Of a stretch of DNA of 64,000 nucleotides, positions 58,870 to 64,000 are shown in pieces. How positions within the stretch are numbered: position 1 is the first letter of the stretch; each line of letters begins with the position of its first letter. The stretch is from positions 1,376,001 through 1,440,000 of the forward strand of contig CAWJGT010000009.1 of assembly GCA_963842525.1 (NCBI GenBank). Direction: 5' to 3'. Origin of the DNA: an uncultured Holophagales bacterium (GTDB lineage Bacteria > Acidobacteriota > Thermoanaerobaculia > Multivoradales > UBA5704). Made by a program: the position numbers and the translations under genes. The notes under the pieces were generated by a model. It ran no database searches. It was not told the DNA's origin and worked only from the letters and a program-made list of their open reading frames with translations.

Positions 58870-59766
58870 CTAGGAACCCGAGGCCGGCACGCGGTCACGG
58901 ATCCTTTTGAAGCCGAGCCGGTCGAAAAGCTTCTGCACAACCTCTTCGTCGGCGCCCCGGTATTCCAGATCGCGCAGGCCGGCGCGCACCGGGGCGTCGG
59001 TTGCAACCGTGGCGAGGCGCTTTGAGAGCAGGGCGATGTCGCGGTGCTTGGCGAGCCTGGCGGCGAGCTTCTGGGCGCCGCGGAGCTTCGACCGGCCCAA
59101 CTCGTCGAGCCGTGCGTAGGCGTCCTCGACATGGTCAAAGGCGCCGAGGATCTCGGCCGCGGTTTTTCTCCCGATCCCGGGCACCCCTGGGATGTTGTCC
59201 ACCGGATCGCCCGCCAGCGCCAGGAGGTCGGCGATCTGGTCTGGGCGGACCCCGAACTTCTCTCGCACCTCTGCGGGCGTATAGCGCTCCCCCTTGGCGA
59301 AATCGAGGAGGTTCACCTGGTCGCTCACGAGCTGCGTCAGGTCCTTGTCGGAGGTCACGATCACGGCCCGGTGACCGCTTGGGAGCAGCTTCGCGCAGAT
59401 CGTGGCGATCAGGTCGTCGGCCTCGTAGCGGTCGTCGATGAAGGTGGCGGCCCCCAGCGCTGCCGCGACCTCCAGGCTCGGGTCGATCTGGGCCACGATC
59501 TCCGGCGGCGGCTCGTCCCGATGGGCCTTGTAGGCGGGGAAGTACTCGTTGCGGAAGCTGCCGTTCAGGTTGCGGTCGAAGGCCACCCCGAGATGGGTGG
59601 GCTTCTCGTCCGCGATCAGCTTGAGCAGGAAGCTCGCGAAGCCATAGGTCGCGCCGGTGCGCTGGCCGTCCGGGCTCTTGATCGAGTCGGGCAGGGAGAA
59701 GTGGGCCCGGAACAGGTAGGGGCTGGCGTCGACGAGATAGATGGTCTGCGCGGCCGGCTCGGGCAT
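58870..59766 (-). CDS. Stand-alone 5'-3' exonuclease / flap endonuclease (PolA N-terminal domain family)
   Basis: YLVDAS..FRA, FRNEYFPAYKAHR, YEADDLIAT, SDKDLTQL, LAGDPVDNIPGVPGIGRKTA (H3TH). Confidence 0.93.
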   Translation of the reverse strand: MPEPAAQTIYLVDASPYLFRAHFSLPDSIKSPDGQRTGATYGFASFLLKLIADEKPTHLGVAFDRNLNGSFRNEYFPAYKAHRDEPPPEIVAQIDPSLEVAAALGAATFIDDRYEADDLIATICAKLLPSGHRAVIVTSDKDLTQLVSDQVNLLDFAKGERYTPAEVREKFGVRPDQIADLLALAGDPVDNIPGVPGIGRKTAAEILGAFDHVEDAYARLDELGRSKLRGAQKLAARLAKHRDIALLSKRLATVATDAPVRAGLRDLEYRGADEEVVQKLFDRLGFKRIRDRVPASGS

Positions 59767-59889
59767 CGTTTCGGGGCTCCTCCGGTCAGGCCCAGGACTG
59801 TTGCGAGACTAGCATGCGTCCCGACTTCCTGAAATTTCTCGGGTGAGTTATGCAAGATTCGCGACCCGTTTTACGTCTTTTTAAGGGGC

Positions 59890-62202
59890 ATGAGAGACAG
59901 AACCGCTCCCATGCTCCTCCCCGCCGCGGCTTTCGCCTGCGGTTCCCTCGTCGCCCTCCGTCTCCCGCACCTCTCGATTCCGCTCTGGGTGGCGCTCGCC
60001 GTCCTCGGCCTGGCGCTCCGGAAGCCCGCCGGGATCTTCCTCGCCGCGCTGTCGGTCGGGGTGCTCGCCGCGGCCGTGCGGCTCGACCTCCCCGCGAGGC
60101 CCTTCGAAGGGATCGACCTCGCGCGTCCGGTCGAGGCCGTGGTCCGGGTGACCGGCCACTGGACCCCTGAGCCGGGTGAGGACCCGGGATGGGCCGCTTC
60201 CGCCCGGATGGTCCGGCTGCAACAGGACGCCCGCATGATCGAGCCGCCCGTCGAAGTCACCCTCCACGTACCCGGGGAGGAGGAGCCCCCAGCCTACGGC
60301 TCTTCGGTCCGGGTGAAAGGCTACGTTTCGCGCTCGGCCGGCTTCGCCAACCGGGTCGCGGTGCCGCCGGGGCCATGGCGGCTGCGTGCGAAGAGCCGCC
60401 TCCTGATGGAGGTTGCGGCCCCGCCGGGACCGGTGGCCGCACTGTCGAGCGCTCTCCGCCGCCGGATGGACCGGGCCTTCCAGGCCGCGGGACCGGAGAG
60501 CGGAGGAGACCGCCAGGGCAAGGCGCTGGCGCGAGCCCTCGTGCTGGGCGATGCCTCGGGGTTCCCCCTGGCCTGGAAGCGCGGCCTGCGCCTGACCGGC
60601 CTCTATCACCTGCTATCGGTCTCCGGCGTCCATGTGGCCCTGGTGGCGGGAGCCGTCTGGCTGCTCGGCGGCTGGCTGCCGCGTAGCCTCCGCCTGCTGC
60701 TGATGCTCGCCGCGATCGCGCTCTACCTCCTGCTGGTCGGGCCGCTCCCGGCGCTGGTCCGCTCGGCGGTCATGGGCCTGCTGGCCGTCCTCGCTCTGCT
60801 CTTCGAAAGGCCTCCCGCCGCCGCCAACGCGCTCGGCTGGGCGGTGGTGCTGCTGGTGCTGGAGGACCCGGCCGTGGTGGAGGTGCCGGCCTTTCAGCTC
60901 ACCGTATCGGCCACGGCCGGGCTGCTCCTGGCCGCTCCGCCTCTCGCCGAGCGCTGGAGGCGGTTCCTGCCGGGCTGGCTCGCCGGTGCATTGGCGGCCA
61001 GCGTCGCGGCCCAGCTCCTCACCCTGCCCTGGGCGCTGCCCCGGTTTCACACCCTCTCCCTGCTGGCGCCGCTCCTCAACCTGCCAGCCGTCCCATGGAC
61101 GGGCCTGGCGCTTGGAGCCTCCCTGGTGTGGGCCACACTCGCGCTCATCGCGCCTGGTTGGGCCGGAGCCCTGCTCCCGGTCCTCGATGCTCTCGCGGCA
61201 CCCTTCTCCTGGCCCTCCAGCACCCCTCCGGAGATCTGGCTCGCGATGCCGGTCCTCATGCCGCCGATGGCCGCCTGGGCTCTGACGGCAGGTCTCGGCC
61301 TCCTTCTCTTCGCGAGGCCGCGCCGGCTCCCGCTGCGACTCGCAGTGCTGGCCGCCGGCCTGGTGGGCATCTTGGGTTGTCTCTGGGAGCCTGCCACGGC
61401 GGCCCGAGGACGCGGGCCGGAGCTGGCGATGCTCGACGTGGGACAGGGCGATGCAATCCTCCTCCGCGACGGCGGGCATGCGATCCTGGTGGATGGTGGA
61501 GGGTGGGATTACGGTGACCTGGGTGGGCGCGTCCTGCTGCCGGCCCTGCTCGCCGAAGGGGTCCGCTCCCTCGACGCGGTCGTCATGACCCACCCTGATC
61601 GAGACCACTGTCGGGGCCTGGTGGACATCTCTGGTTACCTCCCGGTGCGCGAGGTCTGGATGGGACCCGGCTGGGAGCCCGAAGGGTGCGCCGGTGAGCT
61701 CGCCACCTTGCCGGGCGCGCGGCTGCGGCTCCTCTGGGCTGGGAAGGAGGCGACCGTAGGCCGCTGGCGTCTGAAAGTCCTCCATCCACAGCCGGATGAG
61801 GAAAGAGGGATCAATGAGCGCTCGCTCGTCCTGCGCGCGGAAGTCCACGGCCGCAGCTTGCTCCTGACCGGCGACATCGAGAGCTGGGCGGAATTCCGGC
61901 TGCTGTCCTGCTGCGAGAGGGAGGTCCGCACCGACGTCCTCAAGCTGGCCCACCACGGCAGCAAGACGTCCTCGACCGCATCGTTCCTCGACACGGCCCG
62001 GCCGCGCCTGGCCCTGGCCTCTGCGGGCTACAAGAACCTGTACCGCCACCCGTCGGAGGTCGTCCGCGAGCGGCTCGAAGAGCGCCGGATCCCTCTCCTG
62101 CGGACCGACCGGGACGGCATGGTCCTGCTGCGGATCGGCGAGGACGGTCGCTTACGGATCGAGCTGCCAGGTTCGCCGACCGGGCGAGCGCCGTTGCGCT
62201 GA
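59890..62202 (+). CDS. comEC: DNA internalization competence protein ComEC/Rec2
   Basis: GLYHLLSVSGVHV competence motif, many TM segments, MBL domain LDVGQGDA, THPDRDH, LLTGDIE, HHGSKTSS. Confidence 0.93.
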   Translation: MRDRTAPMLLPAAAFACGSLVALRLPHLSIPLWVALAVLGLALRKPAGIFLAALSVGVLAAAVRLDLPARPFEGIDLARPVEAVVRVTGHWTPEPGEDPGWAASARMVRLQQDARMIEPPVEVTLHVPGEEEPPAYGSSVRVKGYVSRSAGFANRVAVPPGPWRLRAKSRLLMEVAAPPGPVAALSSALRRRMDRAFQAAGPESGGDRQGKALARALVLGDASGFPLAWKRGLRLTGLYHLLSVSGVHVALVAGAVWLLGGWLPRSLRLLLMLAAIALYLLLVGPLPALVRSAVMGLLAVLALLFERPPAAANALGWAVVLLVLEDPAVVEVPAFQLTVSATAGLLLAAPPLAERWRRFLPGWLAGALAASVAAQLLTLPWALPRFHTLSLLAPLLNLPAVPWTGLALGASLVWATLALIAPGWAGALLPVLDALAAPFSWPSSTPPEIWLAMPVLMPPMAAWALTAGLGLLLFARPRRLPLRLAVLAAGLVGILGCLWEPATAARGRGPELAMLDVGQGDAILLRDGGHAILVDGGGWDYGDLGGRVLLPALLAEGVRSLDAVVMTHPDRDHCRGLVDISGYLPVREVWMGPGWEPEGCAGELATLPGARLRLLWAGKEATVGRWRLKVLHPQPDEERGINERSLVLRAEVHGRSLLLTGDIESWAEFRLLSCCEREVRTDVLKLAHHGSKTSSTASFLDTARPRLALASAGYKNLYRHPSEVVRERLEERRIPLLRTDRDGMVLLRIGEDGRLRIELPGSPTGRAPLR

Positions 62203-62211
62203 GGAGGGGTC

Positions 62212-63231
62212 ATGGGAAAGCACGACAGCAGCTACCGGCGCTTCTTCTCCCAGCCGCGCATGGTGGAAGGCCTCCTGCGCGGCTTCGTGGCCGAGCCCTG
62301 GGTCGAACACCTCGATTTCTCCACGCTGCGCAAGGCAAGCGGCTCGTTCGTCTCCCGGCAGATGGAGCAGCGGGAGGCCGATCTCGTCTGGATGGTGGAT
62401 TTCGCAGGCGACGACACCCCGGCCTGTATCTGCATCCTTATAGAGCTCCAATCCCGGACCGAGCGGTTCATGGCCGTGCGCTTCATGGCCTATGTGGCTC
62501 TCCTCTACGAGGCCCTGATCGCGGGAAGGCACCTCACTCCGGCGCGGAAGTTGCCGCTCGTGGTGCCGATTGGCTTCTATAATGGAGTGAGGCCATGGCG
62601 CGCGGCCCGCGACATGGCGGAACTGGTCGAGGTCGCCGATCCGTCGGCGGAGCTCTACCGGCCCCGGCTGCGCTACCGGCTGATCGACGTTTCGCGTTAT
62701 TCAGCCGAGGAGCTCGCACTGCGGCAGAGCCCCGTCGCCGCGTTGTTCCGTCTTGAAAAGAGCCGCGACTGGCTGGAGATCCACCGCGGCGTGGAGCAAC
62801 TCTATGGCCTGCTGCGCAGCCCGGGCGACGAGGAGTTGCGGCAGATCTTCGCCGCCTGGTTGAAGGACGTCGTTTTTCCACGAATGCAGGGCGCCCCGAG
62901 CGAGGAGCTCGGGTCGCTGAGCCTGGAGGGTCTCAAGGGTATGCTGGCAGAAAGAGTGGCAGCCATGTACCGGTTGGAGCGCATGAGGGGCCGCAGGGAC
63001 GGCCGCATGGAAGGTTTGGAGGAGGGCCGACAAGTGGGTTGGCAGGAGGGGCGCCAGGAAGGTCGGCAGGAGGGTGAGGCGGACCTGCTTCTTCGGCAGC
63101 TTCAGCGCAAGTTCGGACCTTTGCAGGAGACAGCTCTCGCCCGCGTCCGCGCGGCCGATTCCGAGGCCCTGCTGGAGTGGGGAGAGCGGATCCTCACCGC
63201 CGAACGGCTGGAAGACGTCTTCGGCGATTGA
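62212..63231 (+). CDS. Rpn/YhgA-like recombination-promoting nuclease (Transposase_31) with C-terminal DUF4351-like domain
   Basis: HDSSYRRFFS, READLVW, IELQS..FMAVR, LPLVVPIGFYNG..W, GRQEG repeats, LLLRQLQRKFG..LEDVF. Confidence 0.88.
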   Translation: MGKHDSSYRRFFSQPRMVEGLLRGFVAEPWVEHLDFSTLRKASGSFVSRQMEQREADLVWMVDFAGDDTPACICILIELQSRTERFMAVRFMAYVALLYEALIAGRHLTPARKLPLVVPIGFYNGVRPWRAARDMAELVEVADPSAELYRPRLRYRLIDVSRYSAEELALRQSPVAALFRLEKSRDWLEIHRGVEQLYGLLRSPGDEELRQIFAAWLKDVVFPRMQGAPSEELGSLSLEGLKGMLAERVAAMYRLERMRGRRDGRMEGLEEGRQVGWQEGRQEGRQEGEADLLLRQLQRKFGPLQETALARVRAADSEALLEWGERILTAERLEDVFGD

Positions 63232-63291
63232 AAGAGCGCGGCGGTCCCGGCTCTTGACAGAGCGCCCCGCCGCCGTCTACCGTTTGCCACC

Positions 63292-63396
63292 ATGAAGGCG
63301 CGCCGCACGACCACCGCCCCTTGTCACCTGCGAATGTCCATGGGCATGCGCAGGCCGGGCGCTGGCCGTCTCGCTGTGCCGAACGCCGTCTCGTAG
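63292..63396 (+). promoter_or_regulatory. Putative Met-rich leader peptide (MKARRTTTAPCHLRMSMGMRRPGAGRLAVPNAVS)
   Basis: Starts ~8 nt after TTGACA(63254)-18-TACCGT; contains ATG-TCC-ATG-GGC-ATG; lies upstream of a terminator and a Cys/Met enzyme. Confidence 0.6.
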
Positions 63397-63423
63397 CAAC
63401 ACATCCCGGCGTTCTCCCCCTCG

Positions 63424-63461
63424 AAAGACCACCGCCCGGCCTCCCGCCGCGGTGGTCTTTT
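63424..63461 (+). terminator. Intrinsic terminator/attenuator hairpin in the 5' leader of the Cys/Met gene
   Basis: aaagaccaccgc ... gcggtggtctttt, a 12-bp stem ending in a U-run. Confidence 0.7.
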
Positions 63462-63505
63462 CGCTTCCGGTTCACTTCCGGACAGCCGACTTCGGGGAGA
63501 ACACG

Positions 63506-64000
63506 ATGACTGCGATTTCGTTCGAGACGGAGACTGATCCCCATCTTTCGTTGGCGACGCTGGCACTTCATGCGGGTGCGACGCCTGACCCGACGACCGG
63601 CGCGATCCTTACACCCATCTATCAGTCCACCACCTTCGTGCAGGAGGCGGTGGGCGTTCACAAGGGGTACACCTACAGCCGCTCAGGCAACCCAACCGTC
63701 ACGGCTTTGGAAAGCCGTCTCGCCGCCCTCGAAGGCGCCGAGCACGCTACCTGCTACGCCACCGGGCTCGCGGCCACCACGGCTCTCGCGCTGGCTCTGC
63801 TGCGGTCCGGCGACCGGATCGTCCTCTCCGACGTGACCTATGGCGGCACAGTGCGCCTGTTCCGTCAGGTGCTCGCGCCGTTCGGAGTCGAGGCCGAGTT
63901 CGTGGACGCCGCCGATCCCGAGCGTCTGGCCGAGGCGCTCCGTACCCCAACGCGTCTCGTCTTTCTGGAGACGCCGGCCAACCCCACTCTCAAGCTCGCC
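63506..64000 (+). CDS. Cystathionine gamma-synthase/lyase family PLP enzyme (3'-partial; MetB-like)
   Basis: GGGAGA RBS; ATLALHAG..DPTTGAILTPIYQSTTF, YSRSGNPT..LE..LAALEG, TGLAA, YGGT, FLETPANPTL. Absent from the ORF track because it runs off the window. Confidence 0.92.
   Translation, partial: MTAISFETETDPHLSLATLALHAGATPDPTTGAILTPIYQSTTFVQEAVGVHKGYTYSRSGNPTVTALESRLAALEGAEHATCYATGLAATTALALALLRSGDRIVLSDVTYGGTVRLFRQVLAPFGVEAEFVDAADPERLAEALRTPTRLVFLETPANPTLKLA

Noticed and set aside
58870-59766. Truncated polA
   Set aside because: Complete stand-alone FEN-type ORF with its own stop; a common family.
62990-63075. GRQEG 12-bp repeats
   Set aside because: Normal feature of Rpn/YhgA-family C-termini.
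63254-63505. SAM riboswitch or T-box
   Set aside because: No SAM-I core (AUC..AGA, GCAACC, GAU) or T-box consensus recognisable by eye.

Overview
High-GC bacterial window (gene content resembles Acidobacteriota/Thermoanaerobaculia; taxonomy is inference). Bases 1-41684 hold two giant NRPS genes broken by scattered 1-nt frameshifts, probably long-read errors. NRPS1 (5'-partial) has predicted specificity ...Gly-Thr-Gly-Ser-Gly-Gly-Gly-Lys/Arg, with a sulfotransferase domain embedded after the T domain of both the Thr and Ser modules. NRPS2 reads A(Ala)-T, C-A(Tyr)-T, C-A(Ala)-T, C-[A-core deleted]-T, C-A(?)-T, then C-linker-TE with no final A or T. Five long REP/REPIN-like palindromes sit in-frame inside the NRPS coding sequence. 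Downstream are a translationally coupled S45 (penicillin acylase-type) Ntn-hydrolase and an 8.4-kb island bounded by a duplicated acylase 3' end. The island carries a higA remnant, a giant secreted barrel/IgGFc protein, a secreted Ntox16-like toxin with an immunity-like gene, and an inactive transglutaminase-like membrane protein. A complete 4661-bp IS1-family cargo transposon (26-bp TIRs, 8-bp TSD) is inserted into a palindrome. The window ends with a 5'-3' exonuclease, comEC, an Rpn/YhgA-like nuclease and a Cys/Met PLP enzyme preceded by a Met-rich leader peptide and terminator (candidate Met attenuator). A-domain specificities and family names come from motif reading by eye, not database searches.
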